DNA of 64,000 nt from Adineta vaga. Its lineage: Eukaryota > Animalia > Rotifera. This document shows, piece by piece, positions 10,874-22,468 of the stretch. The stretch's first letter is position 1. Each line of letters begins with the position of its first letter. The translations under genes were made by a program, and so were the position numbers. The DNA is taken from the NCBI GenBank assembly GCA_021613535.1, contig CP075492.1, forward strand, positions 15,562,001 through 15,626,000, given 5' to 3'. The notes beneath the pieces are model-generated. The model did not search any database and was not told the DNA's origin. It saw only the letters and a program-made list of their open reading frames with translations.

Positions 10874-12380
10874 ATCGATATGATATCTGCAATGTTGCAT
10901 ATATGTGTATGCAATAGAACGGAAATGATTTTGTATCAGAAAATATGTGTTTATAAATAAAGCATTTTCAATTGTTTATGATGATGCAATGTTTTATGTC
11001 ATTGAAATAATAAATGAAAAAAGCACGTTATGAGAGAAAAGCTTAATAGCCGTCACTGTATGCAGCCATTTCCGTTCGTTCGTTCTGATCTTTTATTGCT
11101 ATTCTGTTGTTTTTCCTTTTTCTTTCGTTCTATTTAATATTTGTTATTGCATCAACAAACTGTAGCAATCATGTCTTTCTCGATTGAATACAAATTCATA
11201 CAGTAGGATAGATTCGCTCGAATAAACACTGTATACTTGTTACCACTATATTTGATGTTCATTCGATTCTGTCTATGCGTCATTTAGTTTTTTCTAACTG
11301 AAAAAGAGAGATGATAAGCAAGCGAACGATATTATTACAATTATCGAATAGATTATATTTCATTCTTGAGTTTTTACGACTATTTTCGACTTGATCAGTA
11401 GAATAAAATGGAGTTCTATGAAAAATACTAAATATGTGGTATGAGCAATTATACCAGAAGAATTATTAGAAAAAAATGGATTTCTATGTCTTTCAACATA
11501 TACCAAAGAAAGCAAAGTGTACCAAAATCTAATGTGTTTTTGAACTCAATGAAGTAACACTTATTAATTTGTACATATTCTTTTCTGAGTGATAATAGAC
11601 ATTGTTCAATAAAAAAAGAAATGTATAGTTAAGTTTAAACTACTTACGAAACTATATCAAACTATTTTATTCGAACTAAAACGGTTATTATCAAACAACT
11701 GATAATTGCTCAGTATGTCATGTATGTATGTATTTTCGTATGTAAATATTGACAGAAAAACAAACTTAGCTGAATATTCTTTTTAAGATAGATTTCATAC
11801 AATCGGAAATGACGCATTTGAATATAATTTATTTTCACCATTCGGTATTGGTTGTTTGTTTTATTACGAAACCATAGCCGACACTATTGTGGACATACAT
11901 AATAAAAGTTTAATAACTACGAAGAGAAAATTATTCAGATATATGAATGTGGATGATGAAATATCCTAAGATACGAATTTGACTGTATTAATTATACCTT
12001 CAAGAGATTTAACTCGTATTCTGTATCGTACGATGATGTATACAATACACTCACAACACAAAAACTACTAATTAATACGAAAGGGAAGAGAAAAAAAGAG
12101 TCGATGATTTCAGTGTTAAACAATAAAAAATACTATTGTTTGTATTCATTTAACATAAAATAAAAAGTCACGTGGTGATCAACGATAAAAAAAAGGGGCG
12201 AGCATGTATGTCCTCTTGTTAATCGTCACTTCTTCTTTTAATCAATCTGATTATATACAAGATAAGATCCAATCGAGAAAGTAACAATGAGTGAACCGAA
12301 GAAGATACCAGACCGTATCAGTTAGTGCAAGACTATATACGCGCTACATTGACAACAAAAAGGATTTTGTGCACCAAAAA

Positions 12381-12409
12381 AAGGTTTCGTAGAGAAACTA
12401 CGAAACCTT
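12381..12409. repeat. Perfect 12-bp hairpin, probably inside a small MITE-like relic
   Basis: aaggtttcgtag-agaaa-ctacgaaacctt. Confidence 0.55.
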
Positions 12410-13310
12410 CAAAAGGATTTCGTGTAGCACCATTTTCGTTTTTGCTCTAGAGCTATTTTATTATCCTATTCTTCAGGAAATCTTTTGTGCACCTTATCCA
12501 AATTGTTGACAGATCCTGCCATATGATTCTACCAGGAGTTCAACGATTCCTAATTAGAAAAATCTAACTTCATACTTCAGGATATTAGTAGATTTTCTTT
12601 GGCGGTTCCATCACATTTTTTTGACCTAGGCATTTACAGATTGCATCAGGTTTGCTGACAGAATCTTTACATGATTTTCGAAATAGAACAGACATTCTGT
12701 TTACATACCGATGAGTTCACTCAACTGAGTATCCCATGTCATTCTATATCACTTGAGCGTTCAATATCTTCAATTTTAGCTTTCTATGTGAATAGCAAAT
12801 AATTTAAAAACTTCTGGGAATGCATCAACATGTAAAGATCTACTTTAGGCAATGAAATTTTTGTTAATTTTTCAATCTTAGTTCTATCCAAAAACTATAC
12901 TTTAGCTTTTCTTGAATATTAACAAAGATATTTTTATGAGAAAAAAACAAGTAGCTTAACCCCTTCCAGCCGACTACCAGAAGATAGCATGCAAAAATTC
13001 TACTTCTTTACATGCTCTGCCTTTTAGGTGTAAAGGTTACCGAATTCCATTTTGAAATTTAAAGAACTGAAATCGAGTCGAATGCCAACATGTAACCTTT
13101 TGGCAACATCCGGTCGTGAAGGTACAAAAAGTTGGAAAAAGTCAATTACTTTTTCTCAGTGGAAGTCCAATAATTTGCTGTTAGTTTTAGTTCAGACTAT
13201 CCAACGAAAGCATACTTTATTCATCTATTCACTTCTTACAGCCTTAAGATGAAATATATTGCAATAATACTCCAAAATTTTGCAAAAATTACGCACATAT
13301 CACCTATTTT

Positions 13311-14228
13311 CCCTAGAAAAGTTCACGAATATAGTGAGATTCTAACACGATTTACAGCACATCATAATATTCCTATTCAGACTATTGTAAAACACAAGTA
13401 GCGCGAATTCAACGGATTCGCTCTCTCTTCTTATGAAATAAGGAAAGTACATCGTTGCATGCTTGCAGAAAAAATTCAGTCCGAATCTGCACGGTTTTTG
13501 CCGAATCAATATAGTCATATTCTTCACAACATTTTATAGAGGAGTTCGGAGCTTAACATTAAGGAGCAAGGATGGTTACAAAGTAAGACAGAAAACATGG
13601 TACCGTACAATATTGGGATTAATGTTTCATGTATGTATTTTATAGACTCACAGGAGCAATTTTTCAAATAATAGTATATACTTTCTTACGCTTTCAAGTT
13701 TGCTTTGTAACGTGCTATAAACGTACATTTCAAATTCTGAAGCAAATGCTTATGCTGGAAGTGTCGTGTTACGTAGACAAATGCATATAGAGATCATTAA
13801 GTATACTTACGGTGGAAACTAATGCTGAAATGTATTGAAGTTGTTTTTGCGTATATAGGAAGCAAGCTCCTTCATATCTTTATATTCAATAAAGCTGCTT
13901 GATTTTTTTCCAAGTAATATTTATTCAAGTGAATCAACGAATCGTGCAATTGTATACACACGCTTTTAAGTTGCATATGAAGTAATGTCTTTCATGCATG
14001 TGTTTTTTTCATGACGCTCCACTACACAGTTTGTCTTTCCTTTGTATTCTTCGTCTAATGTAAGAAAAGACAAACGTGTATATGCAACCTAAGTAAATGT
14101 ATGATACCAGCTTCGCTTAAATAAACCGACAAATTTTTAAGCGTTTTTGTACTCTGTATAACCCTTTCTTTCAGAAAAGGGAATTGTGAATCTTGTTAGA
14201 ATCTAACTAAATTCGTGAACTTTGAGGG
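13311..14228. mobile_element. Non-autonomous TIR DNA element (~920 bp)
   Basis: Imperfect ~48-bp terminal inverted repeats: ccctagaaaagttcacgaatatagtgagattctaacacgattta at 13311 versus the reverse complement of gtgaatcttgttagaatctaactaaattcgtgaactttgaggg ending at 14228. No coding capacity; TSD not resolved. Confidence 0.65.
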
Positions 14229-14234
14229 CATACA

Positions 14235-14645
14235 ATGGTCTATTTGAATTCTTTCTGAATTTATAAAAAAGAAAAAGGTTTCATTTCCGACTGAAATCAT
14301 GGATCTTCATAATTACGTACCTCTCTCTCTATATATATATAGATACATCCATACATGTATACCTTCATTCTTTATTAATTCTGAAGTGGCCATATCTTCG
14401 GGTCTACGAGTCTAAGCTTATAAGGATCAAAGGGTCTACGAGCGTTTTAATTTTAAATATGATTTATGAAGATATATGTAATCACTAATCGACTGAATGG
14501 TTGGGTCTGTGAGGTTTCTTGTTTGTTGATATGCAAATAAATTGTTACGTTTTCAACAGACCCGTAGACCCGTATACTCAAGGTTCTGTGAAAAAAATCA
14601 TGGTCTCTTGTGATTTTGAATTCAGAAAGAATTCAAAAAAACCAT
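14235..14645. mobile_element. Second inverted-repeat (MITE-like) element abutting the first
   Basis: atggtctatttgaattctttctgaatt (14235) pairs with aattcagaaagaattcaaaaaaaccat (ending 14645). Internal gggtctacg / cgtagaccc motifs occur in both orientations. Confidence 0.55.
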
Positions 14646-14652
14646 AGAGTCT

Positions 14653-14740
14653 CTGAGGGTGGGGTGGGTGTGGATGTGAGTGAAGAAGATATACTGAAAC
14701 CCAGGCCAACCCTCACCCACATCCACACTCACACCATCAG
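14653..14740. repeat. G-rich/C-rich inverted repeat built from telomere-like hexamers
   Basis: ctgagggtggggtgggtgtggatgtgagtga ... cctcacccacatccacactcacaccatcag. Confidence 0.55.
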
Positions 14741-14812
14741 AACTCTTCGGTAACTTCTATATTTTGTTTCTTTTCTTCAATATCCTATAGATACACGGCA
14801 ACTTCAAAACTA

Positions 14813-15808
14813 ATGTATTCTCGAAAATTGTTTCTTTTCGGTTCATTTAATTTTTTCATTTGTTTTATAACGTGCATGTTTCGTTTTATCAGAATATCGC
14901 CATCAAAATGTACCTCGAAGAATCAAACTTATGTACCCAAAACAGAATCGTATGAAGAATATTCCTACCGTACATGTAGGCATATGATAAAACACAACGA
15001 TATATCAAACAGCAGCAATCCATCTATGCATATCAAGATTCCTAGCAGAATTTCTGGTATTAGTCGTCTTTCCAAGAACTACTCATATGAAAACTGGCGA
15101 AATCACGCAGCAGTAAATCGAGCTTTAACTCCATGTGAACATCTGATCGGTATGAATGTTATTCGAGCATTTTCTACATTTTGCGAACGGTATAATATTA
15201 CATATTGGATGATTGGTGGTACTCTTCTGGGTTCACTGCGTCACTGGGATATTATTCCTTGGGATCATGATCTTGACTTTTTCGTACGTGAACGTGACAG
15301 AGAGTTTCTTGAACGTCAATTCATGATAGATCAACATAAAGTCCCTATGTATCTACGACCAGGTAGTCGAAAGCATGGCCCAACGAAGATTTTCCACGAA
15401 TCAAAATCGAAATTAAAGTGGCCGTCAAATTTTTATCCATTTATTGACTTATTTTACTACGAAGAGAACAGCACACATTTATGGGATCATAAGCTTTGTT
15501 GTCATCATCATATTAGAAAATCTGTAGTATTTCCATTAAGTATTCGACCTCTAGGTTCATTATGGCTTCCTGCTCCACGCAATCCATTCGGTTATTTTAA
15601 AGAGTTGCGCCCACCATTGTTCGCTCATCCTACAAATACATGTCATGTTAGAGGCTATGGAGCAGCTACGAAGACAATAATGTATAGATCGCCGATGATT
15701 GTACAATGCAGTACTCTCTCTCAAGTGTATCCATTCGTACAGAGAAAAAAGGGCAACTTGGAACATCTGATACTCGATGGAAAAATTCTACAAACAATGT
15801 CAAATTGA
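14813..15808 (+). CDS. LicD/fukutin-family nucleotidyltransferase, type II membrane
   Basis: N-terminal TM; YWMIGGTLLGSLRHWDIIPWDHDLDF (GTLLG...PWDxDxD LicD motif); PFIDLF; intronless. Confidence 0.9.
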   Translation: MYSRKLFLFGSFNFFICFITCMFRFIRISPSKCTSKNQTYVPKTESYEEYSYRTCRHMIKHNDISNSSNPSMHIKIPSRISGISRLSKNYSYENWRNHAAVNRALTPCEHLIGMNVIRAFSTFCERYNITYWMIGGTLLGSLRHWDIIPWDHDLDFFVRERDREFLERQFMIDQHKVPMYLRPGSRKHGPTKIFHESKSKLKWPSNFYPFIDLFYYEENSTHLWDHKLCCHHHIRKSVVFPLSIRPLGSLWLPAPRNPFGYFKELRPPLFAHPTNTCHVRGYGAATKTIMYRSPMIVQCSTLSQVYPFVQRKKGNLEHLILDGKILQTMSN

Positions 15809-17776
15809 TAAATATCGAAATAATTATTGATTACCATACCAGTTTGTTTTGAAAGACTTTTTTTTATAAGAATAATAAATTGGTATGCTACGATTTGTCT
15901 TGTCTTCCTCCTAATAATATTTCGAAAAACATCTTTATCGTGTTTCATTCTATCTATTCCTTAATACTATATACATATAGTTGTAAAAGCTGAGAATATC
16001 ATTCATCAATAGTAAAAAATTTTTGATTTTCGCAGGATATCATGTGTTCTCCTTCATCGTAAAGATGAAACTTAGGCGCAAGTATTTGAACGTGTAGCGA
16101 AAAATTGGATTCTCAATGGTATTGTCAATAATCAAGTAGAACAAACATCAATTGATGTTTGAAATACAAACAATTGTTCGCTTATTCGAATACCTTTTGA
16201 TTCTAATGAATAAGGATGCTGCAAGAAACTGTACTCGACGATGTGGAAAACTACAAACTAAACCTCAACGGATAATACCATTTTATAGTAATTATCTTTT
16301 ATCTCAATATAATTTTATTGGAAATATGCATCATGGAAATCTCAAGAGACAAAATTACTTGTCACTTCAAGAACAATAAATTTATACACGAGCACGTAGG
16401 CCCTATCAAGATATACTACAGTTTCTCGATAATCTCGATTTATAAGTCAAAGGAAGATATTGATATAAAAAACAAAATTATCGATTAAGTTGTTTTTGTT
16501 CTGTTAACACATACTTTTCACGAAAATAAAATAAGTGATCTCGATCAGTCTCGAGTATCATTCATCAACATGATGAATTTTGTAGTCGTTCAATGGAGAC
16601 CATCAATGAACTTTACTTCGTCAAGTGATGTTCTGATGATTCAGTCCACGTTGAGAATTGACAGAAGAAACATGAGTGATGTCTGATATTGGTAAAAATG
16701 AATAGGCAACATGTACGATGTGTCCTCACTGACTAGAAGCGATGATAAAACATATGATCATAAAGAAGATGTATGTATGCAGGATCATCAAGCCAATTTA
16801 GAATAGACTGAAAAGTCATTCGATGTAGTAGAACAGCAAATGCACCGTGTGTTTGTTACTCGATCAACATTGCAACATAGATCTAAAAGAATTATTTTTT
16901 AGATAGATTTTTAAGACAAGATCTTAAATTCTCCATAGTAAATCATTCATCTGAAGTTACACTTAGCAATGTTTCTTTACGTGAATGGTTACTTTAAGTT
17001 AAACAGTAGAAATGAATACATATTATAACTCTAGCTGGTTGTTATTCTAATGGATTGATATCAGCACATTTATTGGAGGTTGAATTATTATTAAAATTTT
17101 CGACTATAAGAAAAGCAATATTGTTATTCTTCATTGAATTAAGCTTAGCTGGAAAATCATAGATCTTAATAACATGAGCTTTATACGCCATATTCGATAA
17201 TTAAAACGATTTTTAAGAAGAATGTTGATCACATGGTGTCAAAGAGTACGATCGATTTATACTTTCTATTACATTTTTATAATATTACTATTAATAAATG
17301 CTTCCTACTGGTATTTCTCAATTCAAAATCATACATCTGAATCGTTACTGAATTCTAACATGAAACGACTTCAAATTGTTGTGGGAATTCAAACAGAATG
17401 GTTAGCACAAATGAAAACATTAGTCAATGCTTCACAACATACATTTTTTTTTTTTTTTTTTTTTTTTGGTAACAAAGCTTTATTGTAAAAAAGAACAACA
17501 CTGTAACATAAAGTCAACGGAAGGTATTGTACTTCTACATAAGCTGGAGTAGAGAAAAAAAAGGACACATGACGTATGTCTTTTGTCCGTGACATAGTAA
17601 TAAGAACGAGAAAAATTTTATATGCCAATAGTGAGTGTAGATGGGGTGACGCGTGTAAAGTCTTACATATGTGGTAGAAGAAAAAGAAAAAGAAAACAGA
17701 AAACAGAAGATATAGTGGTACTATATGGATAGATTGGAGAGGAAGAGAAAAGAAGCTGGATTGTATGTGACATGTT

Positions 17777-18064
17777 TTAAATCAGCAAATATATTGACTC
17801 GATTTCATATTGCATATAAGAACGAGCAAAGAATTTACTGGATATTGTAAGGATCAGCAAAGACGTTGACTCGATATCATATTGTATATAAGAACGAGCA
17901 AGGAATTTACTGGATATTGTAAGGATCAGCAAAGACGTTGACTCGATATCATATTGTATATAAGAACGAGCAAGGAATTTACTGGATATTGTAAGGATCA
18001 GCAAAGACGTTGACTCGATATCATATTGTATATAAGAACGAGTAAAAGAATTTGCTGTATACAT
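17777..18064. repeat. 66-bp tandem repeat (~4 copies, decaying further to ~18200) in the LINE 3' UTR
   Basis: The unit gactcgatatcatattgtatataagaacgagcaaggaatttactggatattgtaaggatcagcaaagacgtt repeats, giving a 22-aa periodicity in the spurious ORF. Confidence 0.9.
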
Positions 18065-18316
18065 GAATCGGTTTAAAGATTGGCTCGATATTATATTATA
18101 TATAAGAATGCGATCAATAAATAACTGAATAGAACGAAAGAACGATACAGCATATAGATTGAATCGACTTCTTATTTTGTATAAGAACGAGTTAAACGAA
18201 GTAGCTGAATAGTATATTTGATTGCGATATATCGTTTTTTACATCGATTCGACTGACACAAGAATAGTCTATTCTCTCGATGTTACTATTATATGTAATG
18301 GTTGGTGATTTCTTTT

Positions 18317-21007
18317 TTAAATTTTGTCTAAGATGCATTGTAGATGATTCTTCAGTGTAATGTCGTTGTTTGTTGTTGCCTTTTGAAGTGTATGTTTAAG
18401 TAGTCCTATTGCATAATCTTTGATTTTTGGAATGTTGCTGATCTTGTGGATATATTTGACAGATGTATATATGGGTAGTCCGAGTGCAGCTCTAATTGCT
18501 TTATTCTGCATGATTTGTAAACGGTCCCATACTTTTTGATCAGCAGTAAGGAGAATAGGATGTCCATAAATGATAACTGTGCGTACAATTGATTTGAAAA
18601 TATTTATCATCGTCTTGTTGTTGGGTTCATATGCTGTTCTCGAAAGATATCGAAGTAGACCGATCCGAGGAGCAATCTTGCTTTCAATATGTTCGAGATG
18701 TGCTCGCCATTTTAATCTTTTATCTATAATTACACCCAAGTAACGTGTGGAGTCCAGTGGTTTGATGATGGTGTCTTCAACTTTAACTTTCACTGGATTC
18801 TTGTAGTGTTTTCTTGGATGTATGCTGAAGTGTATCAGCTCTGTCTTAGTTGGTTGAAGTTTTAATTTCCATGACTTGCACCAACTTTCGAATGCATCTA
18901 TGGATTGTTGTAATCTGGTGTTAAGATTTGTTAAGGTGTTGCCAGATGTCCATAATGCAGTGTCGTCGGCGAACAACCCATGTTCTGTATGAGTTGGTAT
19001 TCCATTCATCGAATCTGCCGTATACATAATATAAAGTAATGGTGATAACGGAGATCCTTGTGGTGTACCGCTCTTCAGATTAAACGGACGTGATAATATA
19101 TTTTCGATTTCAATTGCAGCCGTTCTATTGCTTAAGAATGAGATCAGATAGTTGATGATGAAACAGGGAAGACGTAGATCATTAAGCTTGTATATCAAAC
19201 CATCGTGCCATACCGAATCAAATGCGGCTTTGATGTCGAAAAGAATGACAGCTGAGTGACGTCGTCGACGTGGTCGTCTAAGTTGTCCTGCAGCGTATCT
19301 TTCTAATCGCACGATGTTGTATATAGTGCTTTTACCTGGTCTAAATCCGGCTTGATGTTGTGGTAAGATGTTTCGTCGTTCAAGTTCGAGCATTAAACGT
19401 TGTTTGATTATTTTCTCCAATAGTTTGCCTAAGCAACTAAGGAGACTAATCGGTCGATAGCTAGACGGTTGTTGTTTGTCTTTCTTTGGCTTTAATAGAA
19501 GAATAATATTAGCCTTTTTCCACATTGCTGGAATATAACCTTGTTTCAAAATTGCATTAAACAGATTTGTTAGATGCTGTACCAGTAATTTTGAATGATT
19601 CTTCAAACATCGGTTATGAATGTTGTCTGGACCAGTGGAGCTATTTCTAAGTTGTCTTATATGATTTTTGACTTCTTTTTCTTTGATTTGCTTCCACTTT
19701 GGTGTGTTTGAAGAGGTTATAGTTTTACTTTTGACTTTGTTTGCTTGGCGTGTTACTTGATCATGAAGTGGCAACGTATCAGCAGTGTGAGAGTAGACTT
19801 CATTTTCGAAGTAATCTGCAAATAAGTCTGCTTTCTCCTTGTCTGATGTTGCAGTTGTATTGTTGTATTTCATGATGTTGGCGTAGGTTTGCTTGATCCT
19901 TTTGTTGTGGAACTTGCGCACCGTCAGCCAAACTTTGTCCGAATACATTTTCTTATGGCATAAAGATGACATTAACTTGTTGAAGTTATTTCTTCTGTCG
20001 TTTCTAAGTGAATTTGTAAGCAAGACTTTGGAATTGTAATATAGATGTTTATCTAAGTTGTTTCCAGTCTTCTTCCATTTTCGATATGCTTGATGTTTTT
20101 GTTTTATCAGGCTTATCGATACTTCACTTGGTGTATACGTTCGGATCATCTGCTTTGTTTGTGGAACGGCTTCTTTTGTTGCTTCTAGTATACTAGTGGT
20201 AATGAATGATGTATATTCTTCTATGTCTGCTGTTGAATCTAAATGATGATCATTTTTCCACAGCATCAGTTGTTGATCTAACTTGCACCTAAATTTTGAC
20301 CATTTTGCTGCTTTGAAATTAAATAAAATTCTTGACGAAGCCGGTTTGGGTTCAGCTCCGCAAGGAATATCAAATGTTAATGGTTTATGGCCATTTAATG
20401 CACCGATTGTTGGATGAGTCTCAACGTTTGATATGAATGAAAGAAGTGGTTGACTTGCTAGAATCCAATCTAGTTTAACTTCATAATCATTTTTTTCGAA
20501 AGTTGGACTATCATCGTCGACACAATCAATAAGACCATCTTTAAATAATTCTTGCAGCTGTCTTCCTCTAGCATTAGCTTGTTGTGATCCCATATTATAT
20601 AATGTTGCATTAAGATCACCCATGATAATGCAGTTGTTGTTAATGTTATAAAGTTCGTGGAATAAGTTGATATCGATCTTTGCTTTTGGTGGTACGTAAA
20701 TGGAGGATATTAGTATTGATTTGAATGATTTAGTTCGAATCTCTACTGCTATCGCTTCATTCTTGCAGGTTATTTTGTTCAGTACTTCTTGACACTTGAT
20801 ATGTTGTTTCACTGCTAGTAATACTCCACCCCCAGCTTGTCCTATTCGATCATTTCTGAAGATGTTATAACCAAAAAGAGTGAATGGTCTTTCGCTCTTT
20901 AGATTAGTTTCATTAACAGAGATAATATCGTATTTGGAGAATCTGGCTAGGAGTTCATCTTTGTGTTTGGTAATTGAGTTAATGTTGATATGGCATAAAC
21001 TAAGCAT
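18317..21007 (-). CDS. LINE ORF2: AP endonuclease + reverse transcriptase
   Basis: APE motifs (NETNL, IMGDLNA, LDWILA); RT motifs YRPISLLSCLGKLLEK, QAGFR, FDIKAAFDSVWH, GTPQGSPLSPLLY, FADD, YLGV. Intact 896 aa. Confidence 0.97.
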   Translation of the reverse strand: MLSLCHININSITKHKDELLARFSKYDIISVNETNLKSERPFTLFGYNIFRNDRIGQAGGGVLLAVKQHIKCQEVLNKITCKNEAIAVEIRTKSFKSILISSIYVPPKAKIDINLFHELYNINNNCIIMGDLNATLYNMGSQQANARGRQLQELFKDGLIDCVDDDSPTFEKNDYEVKLDWILASQPLLSFISNVETHPTIGALNGHKPLTFDIPCGAEPKPASSRILFNFKAAKWSKFRCKLDQQLMLWKNDHHLDSTADIEEYTSFITTSILEATKEAVPQTKQMIRTYTPSEVSISLIKQKHQAYRKWKKTGNNLDKHLYYNSKVLLTNSLRNDRRNNFNKLMSSLCHKKMYSDKVWLTVRKFHNKRIKQTYANIMKYNNTTATSDKEKADLFADYFENEVYSHTADTLPLHDQVTRQANKVKSKTITSSNTPKWKQIKEKEVKNHIRQLRNSSTGPDNIHNRCLKNHSKLLVQHLTNLFNAILKQGYIPAMWKKANIILLLKPKKDKQQPSSYRPISLLSCLGKLLEKIIKQRLMLELERRNILPQHQAGFRPGKSTIYNIVRLERYAAGQLRRPRRRRHSAVILFDIKAAFDSVWHDGLIYKLNDLRLPCFIINYLISFLSNRTAAIEIENILSRPFNLKSGTPQGSPLSPLLYIMYTADSMNGIPTHTEHGLFADDTALWTSGNTLTNLNTRLQQSIDAFESWCKSWKLKLQPTKTELIHFSIHPRKHYKNPVKVKVEDTIIKPLDSTRYLGVIIDKRLKWRAHLEHIESKIAPRIGLLRYLSRTAYEPNNKTMINIFKSIVRTVIIYGHPILLTADQKVWDRLQIMQNKAIRAALGLPIYTSVKYIHKISNIPKIKDYAIGLLKHTLQKATTNNDITLKNHLQCILDKI

Positions 21008-22468
21008 CGTTGCTGCTTGTTTTAAGTGTTTTGTTGTCGTTTATAGATGCATCAGGAGAGTTGTTGGAAGAAAGGGCTCTCTTGTTTGTATTGGATCCTT
21101 CTTTTTTATTTTGTGCGTCTTTTGATGTAGTAGGAGTTGATGGCATAGTAGGTTTATTTGAAGTGACATTCTCTGTTGTAGACGATTTGTCAGCTTCATT
21201 CTGTTGTTTTTTGGTTTTGGTTTGATGATCTTAACTGCTTGACTTTGTTCGTTGGAATCAGAGTCTGAATCAGTTAATATATATTTTTCTTCATTATTAC
21301 GATCGAGGAGTCCGAATGATTTTTCGATCTTCTTGATCTTCTGATGTAGTGCTTTGAATAGTCGATTGGTAGTTTTTTCGATGATGGTTTCCATTTTGCT
21401 GGTAAGAGCATTAATGATATCGTCGAATAAATTGTCCGTTAATAGTTGTTTTTGTGTTTGGTTGAATTGTGATAGAGGTGGGAAGTCATGTGTGCTGTAG
21501 ATTGATGGTGCTTGTGTTACTTGTTTGCTTGTTGTTGCATATTGGTTAACCATGTTTTGCATCTTCTTTTCTTGTTCTCTATAATGTGAACATTCTTTGG
21601 AAGTAGCAATATGATTACCTTTACAGTTGTAGCACTTGACTGCGTCATCTGTAACAGTACATTTGTCGTTGCTATGATTTTCACCACATCGACTACATAC
21701 TTGTTGCTTGGTTTTGCAGTATTTGGCTACATGGTTGTATTTTAAGCAAATGTAACATTGCACCGGTTTGGAATTTTGTGTCGCTGGTTCAGCGGTGAAG
21801 TGCATGCAATCCACTTGTAAACCAGTTTGCACAAAGATATTTCGATTTGTTGCATCGCTAAATGATATCTTGACTGTTCGTGTTGGAGTCTTACCATCTT
21901 TGCTTGTTAATCGAATAACTTCTGTTACTTCAAGACCAACGTTCTTTAGTGCTTCAGTTATTCGATCGTTTGGTAGTTCTAGATCGACTCTTTTTACGAA
22001 GGCGATCTTTTCTGTGTCCTTGATTCTTTGTATAGATCTTGGAACGTATACCGTGGCTGATGGTTGACCGTTTGACGATAATATTGATGAAAAGTCGTTT
22101 AATATGTTGTTGAACGATTTAACATCTCTTGCATATAATGTGAATATTCCATTTCGTCCAAGTTGGATGTCATGGATATTGACTTCAGCAAGATGTTGCT
22201 TCAATATATCATTTAGCTGCAATTTGTTTAAGTTAACACCCTCTAGAATAAGAGGGGCGATACTAAATGTTGGTTGGCTTGATTTTAAAGCATATGGTCC
22301 TGCTTTGCCATCTTGTGTTGTTCGTTGTGGGCTTTGTATGCTTTGTGAGCTTTGTGGCCCTTGTTTTCGTTGTGTGGTGGTTGCTCTTTGTTGGTTGTCC
22401 ACGCTGTGATAGCGTCTCTGTTGACCACCGCCACCCCTTCCTCTCTTGGAAGGCATTAAAATCAGCAC
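21000..22468 (-). CDS. LINE ORF1 gag-like protein with three CCHC zinc knuckles; apparent frameshift near 21210
   Basis: CYICLKYNHVAKYC, CSRCGENHSNDKC, CYNCKGNHIATSKEC. An alternative frame after KPKPK reads QQNEADKSSTTENVTS...KTSSNDA*, and its stop overlaps the ORF2 ATG (ATGCTTAG). Confidence 0.9.

Noticed and set aside
12957-13124. piggyBac-like MITE (TTAA-CCCTT ... GTCGTGAAGG)
   Set aside because: The ends match only loosely and the right TTAA is absent, so there is too little support.
16030-16400. Coding-like stretch downstream of the LicD gene
   Set aside because: Multiple stops in all frames and no recognisable family; at most an unidentifiable relic.
17777-18064. 95-aa repeat ORF as a LINE ORF3
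   Set aside because: A by-product of a 66-bp (multiple of 3) UTR repeat, with no domain features.
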